Below, piece after piece: positions 34,001 through 44,625 of a stretch of 64,000 nt of DNA (the first letter of the stretch is position 1; every line of letters starts with the position of its first letter). This stretch comes from an uncultured delta proteobacterium (GTDB taxonomy: Bacteria > Myxococcota_A > Polyangia > Haliangiales > Haliangiaceae): positions 69,470 through 133,469 of the forward strand of contig CAVZFC010000035.1 in NCBI GenBank assembly GCA_963774445.1. Direction: 5' to 3'. Below the pieces are notes generated by a model. The model saw nothing but the letters and a program-made list of their open reading frames with translations. It was not told the origin of the DNA and made no database searches. The position numbers and the translations under genes were made by a program.

Positions 34001-36752
34001 CGCGGTAGCCGTCGCTGTAGGTGCACTGGTAGTCCTGCCGGATCAGCGACAGCTTGGCCTTGGTCGCCACGCGCTTGCCCTCGGGCGACAGCGCGACGAC
34101 GTTGACCGAGAACGGCATGCCGACCGCCTGTACGTACTCCTGCGTGTGCAGGCCGACGTAGAAGTCGGTCTTGTGCGCGGTGACCACGGTGGTCTTGCTG
34201 ACCGTCTGGTCGGTCTCGTCGGTGACCTGGGCGTTGAGGATGTAGTCCTGCGGGCCGTCGAATTCGAGCTGCGGATCGCGCACGCGGATCGACATCTTGC
34301 CCTTGCCGTCGGTCTTGCCCTCGCCGTCGGTGAGGTAGCTCGAGTAGCTGGACCGATCCCAGCGCGACCAGTAGTCCTCGCCGCGCGCCGCCCAGTCCGA
34401 GAAGCCGTACTCGGGGTAGTCGGCGAACTCCAGGTCGTGGGCGCGTCGCTCGACGCTCCAGTTCACCTTGGCGCCCGCGACCGGGGCGCCGAACAGATAG
34501 TCGGCGCCGAGGTCGAAGCGAACCGGGCCGCCCAGCCGCGTCTGCCGCTTGGCGCCGCGAAGCTTAAGCTCGTAGGTGACCTTGCGGAACTCCTCGACGC
34601 TGAACCGCTCGTGGAACGTCTGCCCCTTGATGGTCGCGCGCACGTAGTAGTCGCCCAGGCTGGCGGCCTCGGGCAGCGGCAGGTCGAAGTGGAAGCCGCC
34701 GAACCGGCTGAGCCGCTTCTTGGCCGTGTAGACCGACTGGCCGCGCGCGTCCTCGACGGTGATCGCCACCCTCGACTTGCCCGGCACCACCGGCTCGGCG
34801 CCGACCTCAATCTCGCGGACGATCCCCTTGAAGTGCACCGTCTCGCCCGGCCGGTAGATGCCGCGGTCGGACTGGATGAAGCCGCGGATGCGGGTGTCGC
34901 CGCTGCGCCGATCCTCGGGCACGCCGAAGTTCCAGGTCTGGATGCCGTTGGCCCAGTTGCCGTCGACCACGCCGAGGTCGCCGGCGCGCTCGACCACCAC
35001 GATCAGTCGCTGCGAGCGGTAGCTCCAGAAATCCTCCTCGGGATCCTCTTCGAAGTCGTCCTTGTCGCGGGCGCCCGGCTGTCGCAGCAACGTGGTGGTG
35101 CCCGGCGTGCGCAGGATGCCGTCCTTGTCGGTGGTGCCGCGGTGGGCCAGGCGCCCCTGCGGCGTGTAGATGCTGACCTTCGCGCCGGCGACCGGCTTGC
35201 CGGTGGCGATGCTGGTGACCCAGACCAGCCCGGACGCGGTGCCGGCCTTGGTCAGGATGCCCAGGTCGGTGACGTTGGCCAGGATCCGCCGGCTGGGGTG
35301 GTAGCGCCACGGCTGGTCGGGGTCCTCCTTCACGTCGGGCGAGCTCATCGCCGCCAGGTAGAGGCCGCGGGCGCTGGTGCCGCCGCAGGCGTCGCGCAGG
35401 TCGAGCCGGCTGAGATGCCAGTTGTTCTTCGGTTGGTCGATGCTGACCGTGCGCGACTTGTCGCGCAGGCCGAGCTTCTTCCACGACACGCTGGTGTCCT
35501 GGGCGTCGTACCAGGGGTCGTAGTCCATCGACGAGGTCAACAGCGCGACCACCTTTGCGGCCGGCACCGCGGCGCAGTCGACGGCGAACGATTTGACGTT
35601 GCGCGTCCAGACCGGGTAGCCGCCCTGGCTCGGCTCGACCGCGTAGATGCCGGTCTGCACCACCAGCCGTGGCTTGCCGTCGCCGGTGTGGAAGGTGTGG
35701 ACGCTATCGGCGGCCAGCTTCTGGCCGTAGAGATCTGTGAGGCCCTTCTTCAGCGTCAGCGCGTAGGCGGTCTTGGTCTTCAGGTCGGCGGTGACGCGGT
35801 AGACGGTGCCGGTCTTGTCGAGCCAGCCGTTGTCGAAGCCGGAGACCGCGGGGTGGATCGTCAGGGCGGTGCGGATGGCGTCGAGCGACACCGGCGTGCT
35901 CAGCTGCACCTGGAAGTCGACCTCGTCGGCCGGCACGTCGTAGCCAGCGGGGCCGACCTTGGCTACCGCCAGCGCCGGGTAGGTGTGCAGCGACGCTGAG
36001 TACGCCTCGGCGATCGGCGCGTCGCCACCGGCGCCGGTCAGGCCGTCGCAGACCAGCGAGTAGTCGGTGCCCTGCGCCAGCGCGGCTGCCGGTCGAACCG
36101 TCAGGGTGGCCGCCGCGTCGCCGGCGGGCTCGTCGGTGACCAGCGCGATCGGCGGGTCGCCGACCTCGCCGCGGATCGCGCAGTGGCCGATCACGTCGCT
36201 TACCGCGACCTCCTGGTTGAACTGGATCGGCAGCGCCGGCAGCGCCGGGAGGCGGTGCAGGTCGACGCCCGAGATCGCCTCGACCGCCAGCGGGTGGTTG
36301 ACGAACGACAGGTGGAAGCCGCCGGTGCGCCGCGCCAGGTCGCCGGTAAGCGCCAGCTGGTAGCGGGTCAACGGCCGCAGTGGCGCGTCGGGGACGACCA
36401 CCAGGGTTTGCCGATCCAACCAGTGCGCGTGCACCGCGGCCACCGGCGCGAGCGCGACCGGCGGCGCGTCGAGCGGTCGGCCCACGGCGTCGGCGCCGAC
36501 CACCGGGCGGTCGAACTGCACCCGCAGCGGTGCGTCGTCCTCGGCGGTCTGCGCCGGCGAGTACGACGTCACCACCAGATCGCGATCGGCCAGGTTGCCG
36601 CCGGAGCAGGCGACGACCGCGAGGGCGATGGTCGCGGCCACGGTGGCCAGCAGCCAGGCGCCGACGATGGCGAAGAACGAACGGGGGCAGGTGGGGCGGG
36701 CTGGGTTGGCGTGGTGCACGGCGAGATTCCTCCTCGCCGTATTTCGTTCCAC
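31085..36752 (-). CDS. Alpha-2-macroglobulin family protein (YfhM/ECAM-like), apparent frameshift near 33.6 kb
   Basis: Two long ORFs (32949..36752 and 31085..33574) in different frames together give about 1.9 kaa. N-terminal signal plus lipobox (AVVAC). The C-terminal part carries the thioester region (YPYGCLEQ). Confidence 0.8.
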
Positions 36753-36877
36753 TCCCCGTGCCAGGCGCTAACGTCGCGTCATGTCACGGGCCGCGGCCGC
36801 CGCGTGGCAGCGTGCCCACGCCGCCGGCGGCGCCGGTGACACGCTCCCGGCTGCTGCCTACATGTCGCTCGGGCCGC

Positions 36878-37661
36878 TCACGACTTGGTGCCCAGCCACA
36901 GGTGCACCTTGAACGGCGCCGTCGTCGCCACGCCACCTGACGCGGTCGGCGCGGCGAAGTGCGCGCGCTCGAGCGCCTGCTTGATGCAGGCATCCAGCGG
37001 CGGGGCAAAACCCATGACGCGGGCCAGGGCGACCGCGCCGTCGGGGCCGACGTTGATCTGCGCCGTGATGTTGCCGCTGGCGTTGGGCACGTCGCGCAGG
37101 TAGTCGCGGTGGCAGCGCTTCACTCCGGCCAGGTAGTGCGTGAGCGTCTTGCGCACGGCGGCTGCCGACAGCGACGTGTCGAGGACGGCGTCGACGCCGC
37201 CGACCGAGACCACGCTCACCGGGCTGGCGGGCTCGGCCGCGGGCTCGACGGCGGGCTGCGGGGGGCTGTCCGAGTCGTCGATGCTGGCCAGCAACTGGTC
37301 CGAGAGGATCGGCTCGTCGTCGTCGGTCGAGGCCTCATCGACGGGCGGGGTGGCGCGGACGGGCGCGGCGGCGGGCGGCGGCGCCGGCTCGTCGAACCGG
37401 GGGCGCGACCGTTCGATGCGCCGCGTGCTGGACGTGTACGGCGGTGCGGGCGGCTGCGACCGGCACCGTCGCGGCTGGCACGTCGGGCGACTCGGCCTCG
37501 CGAATCGGCTCGACCGTCGGACGAACGACCGGCCGCGCGGCCGCGACCGGCTTCGGCGCGGTCCGCGCTGGCTCTCGCTTGGAGCAGGCGGCCAACAAGC
37601 CCGCAGCGGCCACGAGGATGGCAGTTCGCATCGACATCTCCCGGGTAATACGGATTCTCAA
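36878..37661 (-). CDS. AgmX/PglI C-terminal domain lipoprotein, frame break at a G5 run (~37400)
   Basis: Signal peptide plus lipobox (LLAAC) and Pro/Ala linker in frame 0. The AgmX/PglI-like C-terminal domain is in frame 2, which is open from 36878 to beyond 37650. Confidence 0.55.
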
Positions 37662-37768
37662 CGGTCGCCTACCCTACAGGAGTCACCAATGTGGGTAAAG
37701 AAGGCTCATTTTGCCCGTAACTCCGCGAGATCCTGATCCGTTGGCCGAGCCGTGGCATCCTGCCGTCC

Positions 37769-39013
37769 ATGCTCGACGTCTCTCGCCTCCGCCAGCAGTT
37801 TCCCGCCCTCGAACGCCGCGTCGGCGGCGCGCCGGCGATCTTTTTCGACGGCCCCGCCGGCAGCCAGGTGCCGGTGCGCGTGGCCGACGCCGTGCGCAAC
37901 TACCTGCTCCACACCAACGCCAACACCCACGGCGCCTTCGCCAGCGCGCTCGAGAGCGACGCGGTGATCGACGAGGCGCGCCGCGCGGTGGCCGACCTCC
38001 TGGGCGCGAGCGATCCGTCCGAGGTCGTCTTCGGTCCCAACATGACCACCCTCACGCTGTCGCTGTCGCGCGCGCTGGCGCTGACCTGGCTGCCCGGCGA
38101 CGAGATCGTGGTCACCCAGCTCGATCACGATGCCGACGTGACGCCGTGGGTGCTGGCCGCGCGCGACGCCGGCGCCGTGGTGCAGACGGTGCCGATTCGC
38201 CCCGACACGACGCTCGACCTCGACGCGCTCGGCGCCGCGCTGTCGTCGCGCACGCGGCTGGTCGCCGTGACCGCGGCATCGAACGCGACCGGCACGCTCA
38301 CACCGCTGCCCGAGATCGCGCGCGCAGTCCACGACGCCGGGTCCGAGCTGTTCGTCAACGCCGTGCACTACGGGCCCCACGGCTTGATCGACGTCGGCGC
38401 CTGGCAGTGCGACTACCTGGCCTGCTCGGCGTACAAGTTCTTCGGTCCCCACGTGGGCATCCTGTGGGGACGGCGGGAGCGCATGCGGTCGCTGCCGGTC
38501 TACAAGGTGCGCCCGGCCGACGACACCATGCCCGGCCGCTTCGAGACCGGCACGCAGTCACACGAGGGAATCGCCGGCACGCTGGCCGCCGTCGACTACC
38601 TGGCCGAGCTGGGCCGCACGAGCGAGCCGGGCACGCCGACCCGGCGCGACGCCATCGCCGCCGCCTATCGCGCCATCGGCGAGCACGAGCGGGCGCTGTG
38701 TGCGCGCCTGCTCACCGGCCTGGCCCGCTTGCGCGGCTATCGGGTCTGGGGCCTGGCCGATCCGGAGCGCGTCGGCGACCGCGCGCCGACGGTCTCGATC
38801 ACCCACGCGCGCACGTCGCCGCAGGCGCTGGCCCAGGCGCTGGCCGCTCGCGGCATCTTCGTCTGGCACGGCAACTACTACGCCGTCGAGCTGAGCCAGG
38901 CGCTCGGCCGCGAGCCGGACGGGATGGTCCGGATCGGCCTCCTCCACTACAACACCGCCGGCGAGGTCGATCGCCTGCTGGAGGCGCTCGCCGACCTGGA
39001 TCAGAAGGCGTAG
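37769..39013 (+). CDS. Class-V aminotransferase-fold PLP enzyme (cysteine desulfurase-like)
   Basis: SAYKFFGPHVGIL carries the PLP-binding lysine. Overall aminotransferase class V architecture. Confidence 0.8.
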   Translation: MLDVSRLRQQFPALERRVGGAPAIFFDGPAGSQVPVRVADAVRNYLLHTNANTHGAFASALESDAVIDEARRAVADLLGASDPSEVVFGPNMTTLTLSLSRALALTWLPGDEIVVTQLDHDADVTPWVLAARDAGAVVQTVPIRPDTTLDLDALGAALSSRTRLVAVTAASNATGTLTPLPEIARAVHDAGSELFVNAVHYGPHGLIDVGAWQCDYLACSAYKFFGPHVGILWGRRERMRSLPVYKVRPADDTMPGRFETGTQSHEGIAGTLAAVDYLAELGRTSEPGTPTRRDAIAAAYRAIGEHERALCARLLTGLARLRGYRVWGLADPERVGDRAPTVSITHARTSPQALAQALAARGIFVWHGNYYAVELSQALGREPDGMVRIGLLHYNTAGEVDRLLEALADLDQKA

Positions 39014-40473
39014 CCGACAGCCAGGCTGAGCGCGGTGATCTGCTGGTTGTAGGTGCCCGCGCCGTCGGGCACGCGCGAGGGCGCGGCGAAGTCGGTGCTG
39101 TGGGTGACCGTGCGCTCCATGTAGAAGACGTGCAGCAGGCTGGCCATCAGCTCGACGCCGATTGACGGCATGCGGTAGCGCACGGAGCCGTTGGCCAGCA
39201 CCTTGTTGGCGTCCATGAGCGACGGGTCGAGCGTGCCGATCGGCACCGCGTTGCTGTCGAACGCCAGGCTGCCGCCGACCTCCAGTGCCGGCGACACCCA
39301 GTACGAGGCGCCGGCGCGGACGCCGTAGGTGTCCTTCCACTTGCGCCGGACGTTGACCACCACCGAATCGGCGCCCGCGGCGATCGAGCCGTCGGGGTTG
39401 AACGCGCATTTGGCGGCCGACGTCTTGGCGGTCAGGCACTGGTCGGTCAGCGTGCTCCAGCGCTGGTAATCGCCCTGCAGTCGCAGCTCCACCGCCGGCG
39501 ACAACAGGTAGCGAACGCCGACGCGGGTGACATCGGGCAGCGCCTGCACCAGATAGACGTCCGAGGCTTCCACGGGGCCGGCGCCGAGCTTGTTGGTCAA
39601 GGTGCCGCCGAGCTTCTGCGTGCCGAAGCCGGGTTGGCTCTGGTAGCTGACGCCAATCGACAGCACGTCGGTCGGTTGCCAGATGACGCCGGCGCTGGCG
39701 GCCAGGTCGGTGCCGGAGACCTCGACCAGGCTGCGGCCCTCGAGCAGCGAGCCGTTCGCGCTGACCATGTCGTCGGTGCCGGCCAGGTTGCGCGCGCGCA
39801 GGGTGGTGACCTTGGAGCTGACGATGTTCAGCCCCGCGCCGAACGACAGCCGCGCCGACGGGATGCGGTAGGCGGCGGCGGCGGTGATGTACAGCGCGCG
39901 CAGCTCGCCGCTGATGTTCTGCCAGCGCTGCACGCCGTCGACCGCGCCGGGGTAGTTGGCGTTGCCGGCGTAGGCGCTGTTCTGGTCCCAGGTGGCCTGG
40001 CCCCCGAACGGCGCAAACAGGCCGACGCCGACGCCCAGGTTGTCAACGCCGAGATCCGAGACGACGGCGGCGAACGGCGCGGCGATGAGGTTGCTCAGCG
40101 ATGCCTTGCCGGCGTTGGCCGATACCGCGTCGCGCGGCGTGCCGCTGGCGTTGTCGCCCGGGTCGAGGATCGTGCTGATGGCCGATTCCGGCCGGTCGTA
40201 GCTGGCGCTGCGCCAGGCGAACAGCCCCTCGACGTACAGATGGGTGCCGCTGCCCAGGGACAGGCCGGCCGGGTTGTAATAGATGCTGGTCGGGTGGCCG
40301 CTGGCCGGATGTCCCTCTTCACCGCCGTAACGGGCCGTGGCAAAGCCACCGGCAGCGGCGGGGCCGGTTGTCGCGGCGACGAGGGACAGAGAGAGGATCC
40401 AAACGGGGACAGGAAAGCAAAGTCGATGCGACACGGTCCTTGCACTATTGCCAAAATATTTGTAATTTTTCAA
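39001..40473 (-). CDS. Outer-membrane transport protein, OMPP1/FadL/TodX family
   Basis: Signal peptide. Beta-barrel pattern with C-terminal …AVGYAF. FadL-like N-terminal hatch region. The start may be at about 40434. Confidence 0.7.
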   Translation of the reverse strand: MKNYKYFGNSARTVSHRLCFPVPVWILSLSLVAATTGPAAAGGFATARYGGEEGHPASGHPTSIYYNPAGLSLGSGTHLYVEGLFAWRSASYDRPESAISTILDPGDNASGTPRDAVSANAGKASLSNLIAAPFAAVVSDLGVDNLGVGVGLFAPFGGQATWDQNSAYAGNANYPGAVDGVQRWQNISGELRALYITAAAAYRIPSARLSFGAGLNIVSSKVTTLRARNLAGTDDMVSANGSLLEGRSLVEVSGTDLAASAGVIWQPTDVLSIGVSYQSQPGFGTQKLGGTLTNKLGAGPVEASDVYLVQALPDVTRVGVRYLLSPAVELRLQGDYQRWSTLTDQCLTAKTSAAKCAFNPDGSIAAGADSVVVNVRRKWKDTYGVRAGASYWVSPALEVGGSLAFDSNAVPIGTLDPSLMDANKVLANGSVRYRMPSIGVELMASLLHVFYMERTVTHSTDFAAPSRVPDGAGTYNQQITALSLAVGYAF

Positions 40474-40527
40474 CTGTGTTGAACGTTTGAAATTACTGGC
40501 CTAGCCATTATTTCAGCTACTTATCTC

Positions 40528-41205
40528 ATGGCCGGCGGTTGCTCTGACTCTCGCGGGGCATTCGATGACTTCGGCAAGCGGGTCACCGACGCGAACACTG
40601 ACCATCCCGACGCCCCAATGCTGCTGGATATTCCGGATGTTACGGGCGAATTTCTGTGGGTCCTGTCGCCGTCGCCGCAGCCGGAGAGCGTCTTCTCCTA
40701 CCAGGCGACGTTGACGCTCACGAAGGGCACCGACAAGACGACCCTCGAGATTTCGCTCCAGCCGCTCAACTACATGACCCTGGAGCCGGTGGGCGACCCC
40801 ACGGTGCCGGATTCGAATCCGGTGGATGTCTCGCGCCTCACCGGCGAGTTCACCGCGCCGATCACCGGCGGCGCAGTTCCCGGCCCCGCCAACGCGATCG
40901 CGGGCATCCCGATCAACGTCAACATCACCTTGGACGGCGTCATCCGCACGGCCGATTTCCTGTGTGGGGCGATGAACGGCGCGGTGGTCTCGCCGATCAG
41001 CGTCAACCTGGACGACTCGACCTTTGGCGCCGTGCGCATCCCTGACGGCATGACCGCCAAGGACGTCACCGCCATCACCAACTGCGACGATTTCAATCCC
41101 GATGCCGACGCGGGCGTCCCGGACGCCGGCACGCCGGACGCGAGCACGCCGGACGCCGGTACGCCCGACGCCGGTGTCGCCGACGCCACGCCGACCGATG
41201 CCTGA
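40528..41205 (+). CDS. hypothetical lipoprotein with C-terminal (PDAGT)n repeats
   Basis: Begins MAGGCSD (lipobox-like). Asp/Thr-rich composition. C-terminal tandem repeats encoded at 41101..41200. Confidence 0.45.
   Translation: MAGGCSDSRGAFDDFGKRVTDANTDHPDAPMLLDIPDVTGEFLWVLSPSPQPESVFSYQATLTLTKGTDKTTLEISLQPLNYMTLEPVGDPTVPDSNPVDVSRLTGEFTAPITGGAVPGPANAIAGIPINVNITLDGVIRTADFLCGAMNGAVVSPISVNLDDSTFGAVRIPDGMTAKDVTAITNCDDFNPDADAGVPDAGTPDASTPDAGTPDAGVADATPTDA
41101..41200 (+). repeat. Tandem 15-nt repeat encoding (PDAGT)n
   Basis: ggacgccggcacgcc… repeated about 5 times at the 3' end of ORF 40528..41205. Confidence 0.7.
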
Positions 41206-41289
41206 TAGTTCGCGCCGTTGGCTGCATTGGGCCCACGGGGCCGGATGCGGGTGGTAGGGTCCCGGGGTCTTCCAACACCCGGAGGTTCC

Positions 41290-41793
41290 ATGACCCGCAT
41301 CGCTACGTTCCTCGCCGCCGCCGCACTCCTCGTCGCCGGCGGTGCTTGCAAGAAAGACGACGCCAAGTCGAGCGTCCCCGCGCCCCAGGCCAAGGCGGCG
41401 CCCGCGGCCGCGACGCCGACCGCCCAGGCGCCTGCCGCGCAGCCGGAGGCCGTGCCCGCGGCCCAGGTCGGCACGGTCACCCCGAACGAGGTCGCCACCC
41501 TGATCGCCAACAAGGGCTGCGACCTGTTCGACGCCAACAGCGACAAGACCCGGGCCGAGTTCGGCAAGATCCCGACCGCCGTGCTCCTGCAGGGCGGCAG
41601 CAACTACGACCTCGGTCAGCTTCCGCCGGACAAGTCGCGAAAGCTGGTCTTCTACTGCGCCAACACCCAGTGTGGCGCGTCGCACAAGAGCGCCGAGAAG
41701 GCGCTGGCGGCCGGTTACAGCGACGTCAACGTCATGCCCCAGGGCGTGATGGGCTGGAAAGACTCCGGCCACGACACCGAAAAAGTGATGTAG
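41290..41793 (+). CDS. Rhodanese-like domain lipoprotein
   Basis: RBS (ggagg). Signal peptide with lipobox (VAGGAC). Ala/Pro linker. Rhodanese domain with active-site Cys loop (YCANTQCGAS). Confidence 0.75.
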   Translation: MTRIATFLAAAALLVAGGACKKDDAKSSVPAPQAKAAPAAATPTAQAPAAQPEAVPAAQVGTVTPNEVATLIANKGCDLFDANSDKTRAEFGKIPTAVLLQGGSNYDLGQLPPDKSRKLVFYCANTQCGASHKSAEKALAAGYSDVNVMPQGVMGWKDSGHDTEKVM

Positions 41794-41883
41794 ATCCGGT
41801 CGGTCGCGGCTGCCGGTAGATCGGCGCCGGCCTCCGTGCGTCAATGACCGTGGGCCCGCAACTCGACGGGCCCGCGCAAATCG

Positions 41884-44592
41884 ATGACGGGGAGCCGGCC
41901 AGGTGCGACGCTGGGCGCGGCCACCATTGCGGTGGTCTGGGCCCTCGTCTGTGCCGGCGCCGGTCCGGCGGCGGCCGCCGTCAGCGGGCAGGCCGCTGGC
42001 GCGCTGCTGTACGAGACCTCGGACGGGACCGCGCCGGTCGGCGCCCTGCCGCTGCAGAAGACCCGAGTGCGCGCGCGCCTGATCGGCGTGGTCGCCCGCG
42101 TCGAGGTCCAGCAGACCTTCAACAACCCGTTCACCGAGCCGCTCGAGGCGATTTACGTCTTCCCCCTGCCGCACGACGGCGCCGTCAGCGAGATGGTGAT
42201 CCGCAGCGGCGATCGGACGACGCGTGCACGCATCGAGACCCGCGCCGTGGCGCGCGAGCGCTACGCTCGGGCCAAGCGTCGCGGATCGATCGCGGCGATG
42301 CTCGAACAGGAACGACCCAACGTCTTCACGCAGACGGTCGCCAACATCGAGCCGGGCAAGGAGGTCGTGGTCCGACTGGTCTACGACGTCCCACTGCACT
42401 ACGACGCCGGCGTCTACGAGTTCGCCTATCCGATGGTGGTCGGCCCGCGCTATGTGCCGGGCAAGGCGATCGGCGCGCCGCCCAAGGGGGCCGGTACCGC
42501 GCACGACACCGATCAGGTGCCCGACGCCTCGCGCGTGACGCCGCCGGTGCGCAAGCCGGGCGCGCACACCGGCCACGACGTGACCATGGTCGTGACCGTC
42601 AACCCGGGCGTGCCGATCCAGAAGATCTGGAGCCCGACCCACGGCGTCAACATCCACCCGGCCAAGAAGGTCAGCCCCACGGCCATGCGCGTGACGCTGC
42701 CGCCGGGCGAGCGGATTCCCGACAAGGATTTCGTCGTCCGCTACCGGTTGGCACAAAAGGGCACGGTGGCGGCGTTCATGGCCCAACAGTCGGGCGGGCA
42801 CGGCTACTTTTCGCTCCTGGTCGAGCCGCCGGCGGCGCCGGTCAAGACGGCCGGCAAGGAGATCGTCTTCGTCGTCAACACGTCGGCGGCGATGAGTGGC
42901 GAGCCGCTGGCGCTGGCCAAGCGCGCGGTGCGCCACGCGCTGAAGCAGCTGGCGCCGCAGGACACCTTCCGCGTGATCCGCTTCGCCGGGTCTGCGGCCT
43001 CGCTGGAAGCGGCGCCGCAGACGGCCGACGCGCGCCAGCTCCGGCGCGCGCGCACCTGGATCAACGGCCTCAGCGCGGGTGGGCCCGCCGAGCTGATCGC
43101 CGGGCTGCGCGAGGCGTTCCGCGCCGGCGGCGGCGCGCGCCTGCGCGTGGTCGTGCTACTCACCGCCGGGCTCGTGGCCAACGAGGCGGCGGTGCTGTCG
43201 GCGATCGACAAGGGACTGGACGCGCGCACGCGCCTGTTCGCCATCGGGCTGGGCTCGTCGCCCAACCGTTACCTGCTCGAGCGGGCCGCCGCGATCGGCC
43301 GTGGCGACGCGCTGTACGTGCTCGACGACGAGAGCCCCGGCCGGGCGGTCGCGCGCTTCTACGACCGCGTGCGCGCGCCGGTGCTGACCGACGTGAGCAT
43401 CGACTGGAACGGCCTCGGCGTCACCGACGTGGTGCCCGCGCGCATTCCCGACCTGTTCGCCGGCCAGCCGGTGCGCGTGGTCGGGCGCACGACCGGACGC
43501 GCGCGCGGCACCATCATCATTCGCGGTCAGCGCGGCGGCGAGAAGGTGAGCCAGTCGGTCGCCGTGCGCCTGGTGCCGATGTCGGTCGGCGCCGACAGCG
43601 GCGGCGGCGAGAACCAGACCCGCGCCGGGGTTGCGCGCGGCGCCCTCGGCCGGCTGTGGGCGCGGGCGCGGATCGCCGAGCTGGCGCTGGCGGCCGCGCG
43701 TGGACATGCCAGCGGCGCCGTCGCCGAGATCACTCGCCTGGGGCTGGCGCACGGCTTGGTGACGCCGTACACCTCGCTGGTCGCCGACGAGGAGCGCATG
43801 GTCACCGATGGCGGCGCGCACAAGCGCTTCGTCGTGCCGGTGGAGATGCCGGAGGGGATCAGCTACGAGGCGGTGTTCGAAACCGAGCTGGGGACCCGCA
43901 AGGAAGAGCCGGCCCGCGATGGCCGCGGCGAGTCCGGCGGAGACCGCGGCGGCGAGGCGCAAAACGGCGACGGCACCGGTCAGATCGGGCAACGCCACGG
44001 CAACAACGGGGCGGTCGGTGGACGCAACGCCGACAGCAGCGGGTCGACCGTGCCGACGGACAGCGTCGTCAACGATGACGAGGATCGCGCCCTGGCGGCG
44101 CCGGAGCCGATGATGGAAAACATGGCCGGCTCAACGACCAGCGAGACGATCATGCTGCGCGGGCTGGCCCCCGGTCGCTGGAGCTTCGGCGTCGGGGTCG
44201 GCGGCGGGCTGGCGACGGTCTCGCCCGACAGCTCGGGAGGTGCTCTCGGCCTCGAGCTCGATGCCGGCTATCACCTGACTCCGGCGTTTGCGCTGGGCGG
44301 CGAGCTGGCCCTCGACCTGCCGTTCGCCGACGCCGGCAAGTCGCTGTACGGCGGTCTGCTCGCGCGCGCATCGTGGGCCGGCCTGTTCCATGGCCGCCTG
44401 CAGCTGTCGGCTGGCGCCGGCCCCGGCCTCGCCGGTACCGATCCGGGGCTGTCGTACATGGGAGCCCTCGACATTCGCCTGCCGCTGGCGGTGCGACTGG
44501 CGGCGTCGCTGCGTCTGCGTGCCGGTGGGCTGACCGTGTTGCACGCGCCCGATCTGCACACCTACACCGTTGGCGTGCACCTCTCGTTCTGA
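41884..44592 (+). CDS. VIT (vault/inter-alpha-trypsin) plus von Willebrand factor A domain protein with C-terminal outer-membrane beta-barrel-like domain
   Basis: VIT N-terminal region. vWA MIDAS motif (VVNTSAAMSG). Gly-rich linker. C-terminal about 150-aa alternating beta-strand region ending …VGVHLSF. Confidence 0.8.
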   Translation: MTGSRPGATLGAATIAVVWALVCAGAGPAAAAVSGQAAGALLYETSDGTAPVGALPLQKTRVRARLIGVVARVEVQQTFNNPFTEPLEAIYVFPLPHDGAVSEMVIRSGDRTTRARIETRAVARERYARAKRRGSIAAMLEQERPNVFTQTVANIEPGKEVVVRLVYDVPLHYDAGVYEFAYPMVVGPRYVPGKAIGAPPKGAGTAHDTDQVPDASRVTPPVRKPGAHTGHDVTMVVTVNPGVPIQKIWSPTHGVNIHPAKKVSPTAMRVTLPPGERIPDKDFVVRYRLAQKGTVAAFMAQQSGGHGYFSLLVEPPAAPVKTAGKEIVFVVNTSAAMSGEPLALAKRAVRHALKQLAPQDTFRVIRFAGSAASLEAAPQTADARQLRRARTWINGLSAGGPAELIAGLREAFRAGGGARLRVVVLLTAGLVANEAAVLSAIDKGLDARTRLFAIGLGSSPNRYLLERAAAIGRGDALYVLDDESPGRAVARFYDRVRAPVLTDVSIDWNGLGVTDVVPARIPDLFAGQPVRVVGRTTGRARGTIIIRGQRGGEKVSQSVAVRLVPMSVGADSGGGENQTRAGVARGALGRLWARARIAELALAAARGHASGAVAEITRLGLAHGLVTPYTSLVADEERMVTDGGAHKRFVVPVEMPEGISYEAVFETELGTRKEEPARDGRGESGGDRGGEAQNGDGTGQIGQRHGNNGAVGGRNADSSGSTVPTDSVVNDDEDRALAAPEPMMENMAGSTTSETIMLRGLAPGRWSFGVGVGGGLATVSPDSSGGALGLELDAGYHLTPAFALGGELALDLPFADAGKSLYGGLLARASWAGLFHGRLQLSAGAGPGLAGTDPGLSYMGALDIRLPLAVRLAASLRLRAGGLTVLHAPDLHTYTVGVHLSF

Positions 44593-44625
44593 CTCGTCGT
44601 ACAATTTGCGATGGGGGGCGGGCGA

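Noticed and set aside
33390-35999. 869-aa plus-strand ORF
   Set aside because: Lies entirely antisense to the alpha-2-macroglobulin gene. Low-complexity R/A/G/V-rich translation.
40513-42936. 807-aa ORF on the minus strand
   Set aside because: Antisense to three well-supported plus-strand genes. R/G/A-rich composition typical of shadow ORFs in high-GC DNA.
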